Origin: Gemmatimonadota bacterium
GTDB taxonomy: Bacteria > Gemmatimonadota > Gemmatimonadetes > Gemmatimonadales > GWC2-71-9
Direction of reading: 5' to 3'
Assembly: GCA_039587315.1 (NCBI GenBank)
Contig: JBDHIS010000004.1
Location: 32,144 to 96,143, forward strand
DNA: 64,000 bases
The notes beneath the pieces are model-generated. The model had not been told where the DNA came from, searched no databases, and worked only from the letters and a program-made list of their open reading frames with translations. This document shows, piece after piece, positions 9,216-18,824 of the stretch; position 1 is the first letter of the stretch; every line of letters begins with the position of its first letter. The translations under genes and the position numbers were made by a program.

Positions 9216-9234
9216 GGTAGGGTAGGGTAGGGGG
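9213..9234 (+). repeat. (TAGGG)4 tandem repeat, potential G-quadruplex
   Basis: TAGGGTAGGGTAGGGTAGGGGG beginning at the lipoprotein stop codon. Confidence 0.8.
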
Positions 9235-9248
9235 TTGCACCGCAGCAG

Positions 9249-9282
9249 AGAGGCCGGACGCCCGCTCGGGCGCCCGGCCTCT
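9249..9282. terminator. Hairpin between convergent genes, probable bidirectional terminator
   Basis: AGAGGCCGG-A-CGCCC-gctc-GGGCG-C-CCGGCCTCT. Confidence 0.6.
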
Positions 9283-9305
9283 TCTCCTCATGACGGGCGC
9301 GTAGG

Positions 9306-10823
9306 CTATTCCCGCTCGAACTTGCCGAACCCCGGGATCGCGACGGAAGCCACCTCTCCGGAGCCGTTCAGCTCGAACTGCACCCAGTCCTTGCCGAAGT
9401 AAAGGTCCCGCCACGTCGCGCGAAACCGGTTGAAATGCCAGTGCTCCAGGTCGCCCACGAAGTAGGGGCCGACATTGATCACTAGGGCGCCGTCTTCTTC
9501 CTCCACCACCGCAGTGCCGAACAGTTCGCTCGCGTACGTGCCGGTATAGTCCTCCAACGGGTGACTGGGTGAGGTTCCCTCCACGCGCTCCCGCTCGACC
9601 TTCTGGCGTGCGGAGTCGGCTCGTGCACGTGACTTCTCGGCAGCCTCCAGGTAGACCTCGTTCCAGTCTTTTTCCTGTGGCCCGACGTACTGGTCTACCA
9701 CGTGCCACACGATAGCCTGGGGTATGCGGCCGTCGTTCACGTTGGTGATGGCCACTACGCCGAGCTCCTCCTCCGGTACCAAGAGCACGTGTGTGCGCAT
9801 GCCGTCCAGCGCACCTCCGTGCCGCACGATGTAGCGGCCCCGGTAGTCCATCAGCCGCCAGCCGAGTCCGTACGCGCTGAAGTGGGTTTGAGGGAACATT
9901 TCCTCATCGTCCTTGCTGCGGCGCACGATCGTCTGCGGTGTGTGCATCTCCTTCACCACGCTGTCCGACAGGAGCTGCAGTCCCTCGTACGTGCCTTCGC
10001 CGAGTTGGAGCAGCATCCACTGAGCAATGTCCTGCACGCTGGAGTTGATTGAGCCGGCACCGCCCAGGTTGTCGAAGTTGCGCCAGGGAATGGGTGTCAC
10101 CTCTCCGTCTATCTTGCCGTGCGGCATGGCCTTGTTGGTCCGGCCCTCGAGGTCCCGGATCGTAGTCGTGCTCGTGATCATGCCGAGCGGCTCGAAGATG
10201 CGGGCCGTGACGAACTCGTCCCACGTGGTGTCGGTCACCGCCTCGACGATCTCGCCGGCGGTGGTGAACATGATGTTCTGATAGCCGTAGCGGGACCGGA
10301 AGCTCCACACGGGCTCGAGGTCGCGAACGCGGTGGACGACCTCGTCCCGCTCGAACGGCGATGCATACCAGAGCAGGTCGCCGCGCGACAGGCCGCTGCG
10401 GTGGCTCAGCAGATCCCGCACGGTCATCTCACGGGTTACGTACGGATCGAACAGCCGAAACCCGATGAGATGGTCGATCACCCGGTCGTCCCAGCTCAGT
10501 TGGCCCGCGTCCACCAACATCCCGAGGGCGGCGGCCGTGAACGCCTTGGACGTGGAGGCGATCGCAAACACGGTCGCGGCGTCAACCTCCTCCGGACGTC
10601 CCACCTCGCGCACGCCGTATCCGGTAGCCACCACAACACGGCCGTCCTTTACTACGGCGACCGCGATGCCGGGAGCCTCCCAGTCGTGCATTACCTGGCG
10701 GACGTAGTCGTCCAGGTCGGCGAGCGGGTTCTGCTGTGAGGCTGCGGGCACTGGTTGGGCGAGGTGCACGAGGCCGGCGAGGGCAAGCACGGTCGCGATG
10801 CGGGTGAGCGCACGGACAGCCAT
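9306..10823 (-). CDS. Serine hydrolase, beta-lactamase/AmpC-like family with C-terminal DUF3471-like domain
   Basis: Signal peptide, FAIASTSKAF (SxxK), LLSHRSGL, YGYQN (YxN), RHGGALDG. Confidence 0.92.
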   Translation of the reverse strand: MAVRALTRIATVLALAGLVHLAQPVPAASQQNPLADLDDYVRQVMHDWEAPGIAVAVVKDGRVVVATGYGVREVGRPEEVDAATVFAIASTSKAFTAAALGMLVDAGQLSWDDRVIDHLIGFRLFDPYVTREMTVRDLLSHRSGLSRGDLLWYASPFERDEVVHRVRDLEPVWSFRSRYGYQNIMFTTAGEIVEAVTDTTWDEFVTARIFEPLGMITSTTTIRDLEGRTNKAMPHGKIDGEVTPIPWRNFDNLGGAGSINSSVQDIAQWMLLQLGEGTYEGLQLLSDSVVKEMHTPQTIVRRSKDDEEMFPQTHFSAYGLGWRLMDYRGRYIVRHGGALDGMRTHVLLVPEEELGVVAITNVNDGRIPQAIVWHVVDQYVGPQEKDWNEVYLEAAEKSRARADSARQKVERERVEGTSPSHPLEDYTGTYASELFGTAVVEEEDGALVINVGPYFVGDLEHWHFNRFRATWRDLYFGKDWVQFELNGSGEVASVAIPGFGKFERE

Positions 10824-10860
10824 GGCGAAGGTCTCCGGCGAATTCGACGTTGGGATGTCG

Positions 10861-10889
10861 GGCCGGGGGCGGCCGCGCCGCCCCCGGCC
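10861..10889. terminator. 12-bp all-GC hairpin between co-oriented minus-strand genes
   Basis: GGCCGGGGGCGG-ccgcg-CCGCCCCCGGCC; no U-tract, so it may be a stabilising or processing hairpin instead. Confidence 0.4.
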
Positions 10890-10900
10890 GGATGGATGGC

Positions 10901-11458
10901 CTAGAAACTACCGAACTGTACCTGGAATGAGCCAGTGAACGAGCTCAAGTCGTCAGGCCTGAGACTCGGGGTGTCCACGTCCGTGACCCATAGGTAACTG
11001 CCGCCCACGACCATGCGCATGAACGGCGCAACGTTGAGCGCGATATTGAGTTGGGGCTCCACAACGAACACGACGTCGACCGGCTCGTAGAACGGCCTCA
11101 CGCCGCCGCCCCCGAGCAGGGTACTGAAGCTGGCGTGGATGATGCTGTTTGGGGCGATGACGAACTCGAGGTCCATTCCGCCGTAGCCGAACTCGAGTTG
11201 CCGCCCGAAGAACCGCGGGTCCAACCGCACGTCGCTGGCCAGGCCATAGGCCGCCGCGCCCAGCACGAACGAGTGGTTGATGATCCAGCCGCCGCGGCCT
11301 CCGAAGTACACCGAAGACTGCCCCGCGACTTGGGCGAACTTCACCACAGGCGCGCCGAACCCGCCGGATTCCACTCTTCCGCTGACCAGCGTCTGCTGCT
11401 GTGCCACCGCGGGTGAGGCCGCGATGGCTAATGAGAACAACAGGCAGAGCACCCTCAT
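10901..11458 (-). CDS. Small outer-membrane beta-barrel protein, hypothetical
   Basis: GGAG RBS then ATG 11458; signal peptide ending AVA-QQQ; alternating strands (FGYGGMDLEF) and terminal QVQFGSF. Confidence 0.8.
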   Translation of the reverse strand: MRVLCLLFSLAIAASPAVAQQQTLVSGRVESGGFGAPVVKFAQVAGQSSVYFGGRGGWIINHSFVLGAAAYGLASDVRLDPRFFGRQLEFGYGGMDLEFVIAPNSIIHASFSTLLGGGGVRPFYEPVDVVFVVEPQLNIALNVAPFMRMVVGGSYLWVTDVDTPSLRPDDLSSFTGSFQVQFGSF

Positions 11459-11558
11459 GATGTGACTCTCCAGCACTGCCGCGTCCGGTTGCGGTTGCTG
11501 CCAGGATTCCATACACCGATGCATCCGAACTGTTCGGCATGGGGTTTACCTTTAGGCC

Positions 11559-13142
11559 ATGTCAGAACCGCCTGCAGATCTGAAAGCCGCATTAGTTGGT
11601 CGGTATTCGCTCCAGGGCGTGATCGGCCACGGCGGAATGGCCACCGTGTACCTGGCGCAAGACGAGCGCCACGGGCGGAGGGTGGCCGTGAAGGTGCTGC
11701 GTCCCGAGATCAGCGCGTCTATCGGGACCGAGCGGTTCCTCAGGGAGATCGAGATCGCGGCGCAGCTGACCCATCCCCACATCCTGACCCTCATCGACTC
11801 CGGAGAGGCCGCCGGCTTCCTCTACTACGTGATGCCGTACGTGGAAGGGGAGTCGCTGCGCGGCCGCCTGCTGAGGGAGAAGCGGATGAAGCTAGAGGCC
11901 GCGGTGCCGATCGTGGCTGAGGCCGCGGACGCGCTGGACTATGCGCACCGGCAGGGCGTCGTGCACCGGGACATCAAGCCCGAGAACATCCTGCTCTCCG
12001 AGGGGCACGCGGTCGTGGCCGACTTCGGGATAGCCAAAGCGGTGGTCAGCGCGGGTGGAGCCGCGCTGACGCGCTCGGGGTTCCCGCTCGGCACGCCCGG
12101 CTATATGAGCCCCGAGCAGGCGGCGGGCAGCACCGATCTGGACGCCCGCACCGACGTCTACAGCCTGGCCTGCGTGATGTACGAGTTGCTGATCGGTGAG
12201 ACCCCGGGGATGTGGCTCCCAGACGACGCGGTCGAGCTGCGCTATTTCGTGGACGCGTCCTCGGGGCACCGGGAGCGGCTGGACTCGCTCCCCGGGGCGG
12301 CGGAGCAGGTGCTCGTAAGGGCGCTCGCCATGAGGCCGGCGCTTCGGTTTGCCACGCCGGGGGAGTTTGCGGGTGCATTGAGGGCGTCGTCCCACGGCCC
12401 CCGGGTCGGCGGCCGTGAGGCCAGGGAGCTGGTTCGGCGAGCCGCCGAGATCCAGGCTGCGCGTCCCACCGCGGGCGGCCAGCTCTCGCTCGGCGGTGTG
12501 GAGCGGCTCGCCGCTGAAGTCGGGATCCCTCCTCGCGACGTGCGCGCGGCCGCGGGTGAGCTGCAGGCGCCGATGGGAGAGATTGGGCGGGCCGGGATCC
12601 TGGGTACCTCGCCGCAGCTCGAGTTCGAGCAGGTGGTGCCCGGCACGGTGTCGCAGAGCGACCACGGTGCCGTGCTCGAGGAGATCAGGATCACACTGGG
12701 TGAGATCGGCCAGCTCAACGAGACTCTCAGCGAGTCGCTGCTGTGGAGCTCCAAGCCGTCGGGGTACCGCACCCAGGTGCTGGTGAGCTCCGACGCCGGG
12801 AGCACTCGCATTCGTATCACCGACAATGAGGCCGCGCCCGGCACGATGATAATGGTGCCAGTCGCGGTGGTGAGCGGCGTGATGTTTGGAATCACCGGTG
12901 CCGTGCTGGACGGAATGGGCTTCGGAACCGCCGGGACGGTGTCAATCGCTGTCGGCGTCTCCTCGGGCCTGTTCGGAACCGGGTGGGCCGTTGCGCGTGC
13001 CTGGTTCCGACGCCAGGTGACCTCGCGCCGGGACAAGCTGTCGCTGCTGATGCGCCGCCTCGAGGACCTGGCCTCCGGCCGGCGGGCCGCACCGGCGCTC
13101 CCAGATTCGGAGGGTGATGCAAAGCGGCCGCCCAGCGCCTAG
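11559..13142 (+). CDS. Hanks-type Ser/Thr protein kinase with C-terminal membrane region
   Basis: GHGGMATVY, VAVKVL, HRDIKPEN, DFGIAK, GTPGYMSPEQ; two hydrophobic helices near the C-terminus. Confidence 0.95.
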   Translation: MSEPPADLKAALVGRYSLQGVIGHGGMATVYLAQDERHGRRVAVKVLRPEISASIGTERFLREIEIAAQLTHPHILTLIDSGEAAGFLYYVMPYVEGESLRGRLLREKRMKLEAAVPIVAEAADALDYAHRQGVVHRDIKPENILLSEGHAVVADFGIAKAVVSAGGAALTRSGFPLGTPGYMSPEQAAGSTDLDARTDVYSLACVMYELLIGETPGMWLPDDAVELRYFVDASSGHRERLDSLPGAAEQVLVRALAMRPALRFATPGEFAGALRASSHGPRVGGREARELVRRAAEIQAARPTAGGQLSLGGVERLAAEVGIPPRDVRAAAGELQAPMGEIGRAGILGTSPQLEFEQVVPGTVSQSDHGAVLEEIRITLGEIGQLNETLSESLLWSSKPSGYRTQVLVSSDAGSTRIRITDNEAAPGTMIMVPVAVVSGVMFGITGAVLDGMGFGTAGTVSIAVGVSSGLFGTGWAVARAWFRRQVTSRRDKLSLLMRRLEDLASGRRAAPALPDSEGDAKRPPSA

Positions 13143-13179
13143 CCGGGCGGCCGCAGCTGTCACGCGGTGACGGGCCGCG

Positions 13180-13803
13180 TTAGAACCTGAGCACGACTCC
13201 GCCGGACACCTCTCCCTGGCTGATCAGCTCGAACGTCGTAGTCGCCCAACACCCGCCGGGCAGGCCGCACCACCAGCTGGATCCCGAAGGGACGAAAGTA
13301 AACCACCACCGAAGCTGCGCGCGGAGCCCGACGCGGGGGGAGGGCATGAACTTGAGGCCACCCCCGAGGCTGCCGCCGAAGTACCACAGGCTGCCTACGT
13401 TGGGCGTCTTCGGGTCGATCCAGGTGAGGCCGAGAGTGCCCGCGAAGAAAGGCTGGGCTGGGCCCTGCCTGTATGGTGCCGCCGTGCCGCCGATCTGGAA
13501 GTAGTTCATCGCCACTCCCGACAGGGTCGTGTCCGGGAGGCCGACACCTCTGTTGGTGAGCGTTGCATCGGTGTCCTGCCGGTTGTACAGCAGCACTATC
13601 TCGGCCCCCGGCCGGGCGACTATGTCTATCTCGAGCCCGTAGTTTACGGACGGGTCGAGCGCGATTCTACCTTGTGAGGTGTTGATGCCGCCGCCCCATT
13701 GGTAGCCCACGATGGCGCTGACATCGCCCCTGCGCTGAGCCCAGCCCGTTGCGGGGATCGCGAGGAGGCAGATAGCCAAGACGAGCAGACACTTCCGCTT
13801 CAT
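13180..13803 (-). CDS. OmpA/porin-like outer-membrane beta-barrel protein
   Basis: GGAG RBS, ATG 13803, MKRKCLLVLAICLLAIPATGWAQ signal peptide, amphipathic strands, terminal GVVLRF. Confidence 0.8.
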   Translation of the reverse strand: MKRKCLLVLAICLLAIPATGWAQRRGDVSAIVGYQWGGGINTSQGRIALDPSVNYGLEIDIVARPGAEIVLLYNRQDTDATLTNRGVGLPDTTLSGVAMNYFQIGGTAAPYRQGPAQPFFAGTLGLTWIDPKTPNVGSLWYFGGSLGGGLKFMPSPRVGLRAQLRWWFTFVPSGSSWWCGLPGGCWATTTFELISQGEVSGGVVLRF

Positions 13804-13894
13804 GCCGTTTACTCCGAGGTTTGGGAGGGTACTGCGTGAAACGCCGGCACCCATCATGGCGTACGGGATGTGAAAACTCAATAGCCGTGAGAGA

Positions 13895-15460
13895 GTGAAC
13901 GAAGCCCCAAGCGTAGAGTTCCTCGAGCTTCAGGAGGTCCTGGCCGGCCGCTACTCGCTGGAGCGCGAGTTGGGCCGGGGAGGCATGGGTGTCGTCATAC
14001 TCGCTCGCGACGTCGCTCTGGACCGGCTGGTCGCCATCAAGCTGCTGCCGCCGTTCATGGCGGGGCACCCCACCATGCGCGAGCGCTTCCTGAAGGAGGC
14101 GCGGACCGCCGCCGGACTCTCCCACCCGCACATCGTACCAATCCACTCGGTGGAGGAACACGGAGAGATGGTGTTCTTCGTGATGGGATACGTGGATGGC
14201 GAGACCCTGCGAGAGCGGGTCGAGCGGACCGGCCCCCTCACGCCGCGGGCCGCGATGAAGCTGTTCCAGGAGGTGGCATGGGCTCTCTCCTACGCCCACG
14301 AGCACGGCGTGGTGCACCGCGACGTCAAGCCGGAGAACATCATGATCGAGCGCGCCACGGACCGCGCGCTGGTCGCCGACTTTGGCATCGCCCAGATAGG
14401 GGATGATGAGCCATCCACGCCTCGCGGCCAGGTCGTGGGTACCGCCCGCTACATGAGTCCCGAGCAGGCGGCCGGCGAGGAAGTCGATCCGCGCAGCGAC
14501 CTGTACTCTCTCGGCGCCTCCGCGTTCTTTGCGCTGACGGGCCGGCCGCCGTTCGAGGCATCCAACGTACCCGCGCTTCTCGCCAAGCATGTGGCGGAGC
14601 CGGCGCCGCGTCTCGCAGTGGTTCGCAAGGAGGTGCCGGAGAAGCTCGCGTTGGTGGTGGATCGCTGCCTCGAGAAGGCGCCCGAGGCCCGCTTCTCCGA
14701 CGGGCGCGAGTTGGCCGAGGCCCTGGGCGAGGCGCGCGGTCGCGAACTGAGGGCGCCGGCGTTGGTGCGGAGCTTCCTTCGGAACGCCGAAGTGAGCACA
14801 GCGGTCCTCGCCACAGCCGCCATCATATCGCAGGGGCCCGCTGACGAAGGGGCCGTTGCGGTGATAATGCTCGGCACCCTGGCGCAGCTCGGCACCGTGG
14901 CGCGCCGGCTGCTGCGCACGGGGTACACGTTTCCGGACATACGCGAGGCACTCCTCTCCGAGGCCAGGGTCCAGGAAGAGGAGATGGAGGCGACTCAGGA
15001 GGGGAAGTTCTGGCGCCGCGTGTTCAGCTTCTGGAATCGGCTCTGGGCGGGCTGGTTCGGCCGCAAGTTCTTCAAGATCGCGGGCATCGGGCTCAAGCCG
15101 CCCAAGCGGAAAGCTCTGCCCTCTGCCGACGCCACTGAGTTGGTGCTCGGCAGGGCGGCCACCGACGTGTTCAACGAGTTGCCTGCCGACGTACGCTCAC
15201 GGTTTCCCGACGCGCCCGGCGTCATTAGCGGGCTGGAGAAGCGGGCCGAGGCCTTGAGGAAGCGGGGTGACGCGGCGGACGATCTGGCCGACACCGTCGC
15301 CGCGCTCGAGAACGTGCGACTGGGAATGCTGCGCCTCCAGGCCGGTTCGGCCACGATCGCCGACCTCTCCCTCTACCTGGAGCGCGCCCGTGATTTCGGG
15401 GTGCACGTGGACGCCGAGATTGCCGCTCGGCGTGAGGTTGACGAGTTGCTGGAGCGGTAG
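13895..15460 (+). CDS. Hanks-type Ser/Thr protein kinase
   Basis: GRGGMGVV, VAIKLL, HRDVKPEN, DFGIA, GTARYMSPEQ; central hydrophobic segment and helical C-terminus; GTG start. Confidence 0.95.
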   Translation: MNEAPSVEFLELQEVLAGRYSLERELGRGGMGVVILARDVALDRLVAIKLLPPFMAGHPTMRERFLKEARTAAGLSHPHIVPIHSVEEHGEMVFFVMGYVDGETLRERVERTGPLTPRAAMKLFQEVAWALSYAHEHGVVHRDVKPENIMIERATDRALVADFGIAQIGDDEPSTPRGQVVGTARYMSPEQAAGEEVDPRSDLYSLGASAFFALTGRPPFEASNVPALLAKHVAEPAPRLAVVRKEVPEKLALVVDRCLEKAPEARFSDGRELAEALGEARGRELRAPALVRSFLRNAEVSTAVLATAAIISQGPADEGAVAVIMLGTLAQLGTVARRLLRTGYTFPDIREALLSEARVQEEEMEATQEGKFWRRVFSFWNRLWAGWFGRKFFKIAGIGLKPPKRKALPSADATELVLGRAATDVFNELPADVRSRFPDAPGVISGLEKRAEALRKRGDAADDLADTVAALENVRLGMLRLQAGSATIADLSLYLERARDFGVHVDAEIAARREVDELLER

Positions 15461-15474
15461 CGTCCCCGCTCCGC

Positions 15475-16269
15475 CTAGAGTTCCTCCCCCTCGAACCGCC
15501 GCAGCGCCAACAGAACGAAGAGCAGACTCCAAAGGCTCGTCGCGATGAGCGGCATGTACCACCCGTCCGGCAGCGGCACCTCGCGCGCCGTCCGGGCGGC
15601 GAGAGTCATCAGGCCCCACGGCGTCCAACTCATCGTCGACGGGAAGAAGTTCGGCAGGATGAGGCCGGCAAACACAAGCCCCACTGCGATGCCCGAGACC
15701 GGTCCTCGACTCTGGAAGAACGTGCCCAGCGCCAGGGTCAGTGTCAGGTAGAACACCAGGTGGAGCACGTGCATCCCGATGCCCGCCAGGAAGGGCACGA
15801 GGGGCGGCTGCAGGTAGGCATGCAGCAGACTCTGCAGGAAGAACACGACGCTCGGAATCGCGACGGCCAGGAACAGGAACGAGAGTCCGTTCACCAACAA
15901 CTTGGAGAGCAGGAACGCCGGCCTGCTCACCGGCTTCGAAAGCACCCACTCCGCCGTCCCCAGCTCTCGCTCTCCGACGACGGCACTCTGCGTAACCACT
16001 ATGATACCGATCGTGGCGAACAGCCCGCCGACCTGGAAGAACACCTGGAGTAGCTCGCCGAGGGTGGCGTAGGGATCGTGGCCGCGGTAGACCGCCTCGT
16101 CCGTGCCGATCAGGAACAGGAAGGCGTTGATCACGAAGAGCCACAGCATCACGTGCACCATCCAGCGGCGCGTGCGCCACCAGGAGGCGTACTCCTTGTT
16201 CACCATGTTCCGGAAGCCGACGAGCCAGCCCCGGCCGGTGCTGATCTCGAGCGCGATGCTAGCTGCCAT
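15475..16269 (-). CDS. ABC-2 type transporter permease
   Basis: Six hydrophobic segments, VVGERELGTAEWVLSKPVSRPAFLLSK motif; overlaps the ATPase gene. Confidence 0.9.
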   Translation of the reverse strand: MAASIALEISTGRGWLVGFRNMVNKEYASWWRTRRWMVHVMLWLFVINAFLFLIGTDEAVYRGHDPYATLGELLQVFFQVGGLFATIGIIVVTQSAVVGERELGTAEWVLSKPVSRPAFLLSKLLVNGLSFLFLAVAIPSVVFFLQSLLHAYLQPPLVPFLAGIGMHVLHLVFYLTLTLALGTFFQSRGPVSGIAVGLVFAGLILPNFFPSTMSWTPWGLMTLAARTAREVPLPDGWYMPLIATSLWSLLFVLLALRRFEGEEL

Positions 16270-17218
16270 TGCCGTTTCCCTCTACGAGGTCGAGGAACAC
16301 GTCCTCGAGCTTGTACTTGAGGAGACCGAAGCGCGTGACCGTGGTGCTCTCATCAGACAGCACCAGGCGTAGCAGCCGCGCCTCGGCCGCCGCGGCGTCA
16401 CTCACCGATACGTGCCACTCCGTGCGCTCCGTCTCCGGCACGGCGTGGATCTCCAGGACCCACGGCTCGTTCTCGAGCCGCTTGCGGACCTCTGCTTCAC
16501 TCCCCTGCAGCTCGATCTCGTACACGGTGCCGCGCGTGCCGGCCAGCAGATCCTCGATCGGCGCCTGAGCGATCAGTTGCCCCTGGTTGAGGATCGCGAC
16601 CGTGTCGCTGACCCGCTGAACGTCGTCGAGGATGTGGGTCGAGTAGAAGACGGTAGCCCGCTCCCGTAGCCGATCCATGATGGCCAGCACGTCGCGCCGC
16701 CCCATCGGGTCGAGAGACGCGGCCGGCTCGTCCAGGATCAACAGGTCGGGCTCGTTGACCTGGGCCTGGGCGATCCCCAGCCGCTGCCGCTCACCGCCGG
16801 AGAAGCCCTTCACGGGGCGGTCGGCCTTGTCGGCCAGCCCCACGAGGTCGAGTGAATCGCCCACCCGCGCCTCGATTGCGGCCGCCGGGCCCTCGTAGAA
16901 GAAGCGCGCCGTGAACCGGAGAATCTCACGCGCCGACATGTATTCGTAGTAATGGGGCTCCTGTACCAGATACCCGACACGCCTGCGCACCTCTATAGTG
17001 TCGCCCACGATGTCGTGCCCGAAAACGGTTGCCGCGCCGCTGGTCGGACGGATGAGCCCGAGCAGGAGTTTGATCGTGGTGGTCTTCCCGGCGCCGTTCG
17101 GTCCGAGAAAGCCGAAGATGGAGTTGCGCTGGATCTCGAGGTCGAGAGACTCGAGCGCCCGCACGCCGTTGAACGACTTGCTGAGCTTGCGGGTGCTGAT
17201 GACGGCATCTGCGGACAC
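16259..17218 (-). CDS. ABC transporter ATP-binding protein
   Basis: GPNGAGKTT Walker A, FSGGERQRLGIA signature, LLILDEP Walker B, STHILDD; GTG 17218 after AAGGAG. Confidence 0.95.
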   Translation of the reverse strand: MSADAVISTRKLSKSFNGVRALESLDLEIQRNSIFGFLGPNGAGKTTTIKLLLGLIRPTSGAATVFGHDIVGDTIEVRRRVGYLVQEPHYYEYMSAREILRFTARFFYEGPAAAIEARVGDSLDLVGLADKADRPVKGFSGGERQRLGIAQAQVNEPDLLILDEPAASLDPMGRRDVLAIMDRLRERATVFYSTHILDDVQRVSDTVAILNQGQLIAQAPIEDLLAGTRGTVYEIELQGSEAEVRKRLENEPWVLEIHAVPETERTEWHVSVSDAAAAEARLLRLVLSDESTTVTRFGLLKYKLEDVFLDLVEGNGNGS

Positions 17219-17410
17219 GGCCGGCTCCTTGCTCGTTGACGGTCTCTCTGCTGTGGGGCCTACGAGCCCCGCCCTCCGGAGGTTTCGGGTCGCCACGGCG
17301 TCCCGGTGACCGGCGTCACGGTGAGGCCCGCTCCCATGCCGATCTTGGGTTCTGGCGATAACGTTGTCTTCGGCCCCCGAGCAGGGGGCGACTCCAGCAG
17401 GGAAGTGACT

Positions 17411-18106
17411 ATGTCCGACGCGTACCAGGGAGCACCCGAGCAGGACGGCAACGACCGCATCAAGGCGGCGGTGTTCGCAGGCCTCATCGCCGCGGTGGTG
17501 GGCGGCATCGTCTGGGCCGTGATTGTCGTGGTGACCGGCTACGAGGTGGGCTGGGTGGCGTGGGCGGTGGGCGGCCTGGTCGGGATCACGATGGCGGCGG
17601 TCACCCCGGTGCGCAGCCGCTCCCTCGGCACGCGTGCGGCCGTGCTCGCCGCGGTGGGGCTGCTGGTCGGCAAGTGGCTGATCGTGGAGATCGGCTCGCG
17701 GACGACCTTTACGGATGAGGTCGTAGCCGACTCCGAGCTGCTCTCACAGGCCGTGTTCATCGACATGATAGAGCAGGAAGAGGTCCCGGCCGACCTGCTC
17801 GCGGCGATCGAGGGCCTGGGTGAGGAAGAGTACCTGCCCGACTCCCTGATGGCGCAGATTCAGGCGACCGTAGAGGAGCGCCTCGCCGCGATGGACGACG
17901 CTGAGAAGCAGGCCGTGGCGGAGCAATTCGTCCAGATGGCTGTGGGCGACCTGGGCTTCGTGGACAAGATGCTGGCCACCATGAGTGGGTGGGATCTGCT
18001 CTGGTTCTTCCTAGCCGTAGGCACGGCGTGGAAGCTCACGACGCCGACCGTCCGCGAGGAGGAGGGCGTGGTGACGGTCCAGGACGAGGGGAGCGCCGAG
18101 AGCTAG
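17411..18106 (+). CDS. Hypothetical membrane protein
   Basis: ATG 17411; three N-terminal hydrophobic helices (GGIVWAVIVVVTGYEVGWVAWAVGGLVG), acidic soluble domain, C-terminal WDLLWFFLAVGTAWK. Confidence 0.75.
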   Translation: MSDAYQGAPEQDGNDRIKAAVFAGLIAAVVGGIVWAVIVVVTGYEVGWVAWAVGGLVGITMAAVTPVRSRSLGTRAAVLAAVGLLVGKWLIVEIGSRTTFTDEVVADSELLSQAVFIDMIEQEEVPADLLAAIEGLGEEEYLPDSLMAQIQATVEERLAAMDDAEKQAVAEQFVQMAVGDLGFVDKMLATMSGWDLLWFFLAVGTAWKLTTPTVREEEGVVTVQDEGSAES

Positions 18107-18789
18107 TCGCGCGGCGTAGAATCGGCGCCGGCTGCCGGCGCCGGATCGAGGGGCGGCTGCGTGGTGGCGGCCGCCCCGTTTGCGTCGGGCGCAGCCCGAT
18201 CTCCGATCGCGCCTGCGCTGTCGCCCATTAGGGGCGGGACCACCAACCCGGCGGAATCGGTCACCGCCGGCGGTGCCGTCTCGCCGCCATCAGCGGGTCC
18301 CGCCGTACACCTCCATGTTGCCTCTGCCCGCGCGTAGCCGGTCCTCGGCAACACCTCCCGAACGAACAACACACTGCTGAAGGCCACTACTCCCAGGGAA
18401 GCAACGTGCGCGACCGCGCGGCGGCTCTGCCAGGAGGTGATTGAACCCCAGAACGCGGCCACGAGCACGATCGTGACACCTGTCATGTAGAACAGAAGTC
18501 CCCAACCGCATGAGTGCGCGTAGGGCCACTGGGTGAGGCCAACGGCGGCTATCAGGCTGAGAACCACCCAGGCCCATGTCTTGAGGGGTGAGGGCGGGGG
18601 CGTATGGAGGTCGGGCCTGGAAATCGGCTTTGCGGCCGCCATCTGCCCCCGCGGTGTCTGCTGCTTCCTGCTCTGTCCCGTACCCGCCCCGAGAGTGGGG
18701 TCGGCGTGGGGAAGCTGCTTCAGGAGCCTGTCGACGATCTCTGCTTCACTCTTCTTGCGACGCTCCTTCGGATCTTCCTTGTTCGCCAC
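18103..18789 (-). CDS. Hypothetical membrane protein (3 TM, single Cys pair, Pro/Ala tail)
   Basis: Charged N-terminus, WPYAHSCGWGL...ATWRC, three hydrophobic segments. Confidence 0.75.
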   Translation of the reverse strand: MANKEDPKERRKKSEAEIVDRLLKQLPHADPTLGAGTGQSRKQQTPRGQMAAAKPISRPDLHTPPPSPLKTWAWVVLSLIAAVGLTQWPYAHSCGWGLLFYMTGVTIVLVAAFWGSITSWQSRRAVAHVASLGVVAFSSVLFVREVLPRTGYARAEATWRCTAGPADGGETAPPAVTDSAGLVVPPLMGDSAGAIGDRAAPDANGAAATTQPPLDPAPAAGADSTPRD

Positions 18790-18824
18790 TCAACCCCCTC
18801 GCGGTACGGGTCTCGGAATCCGAC

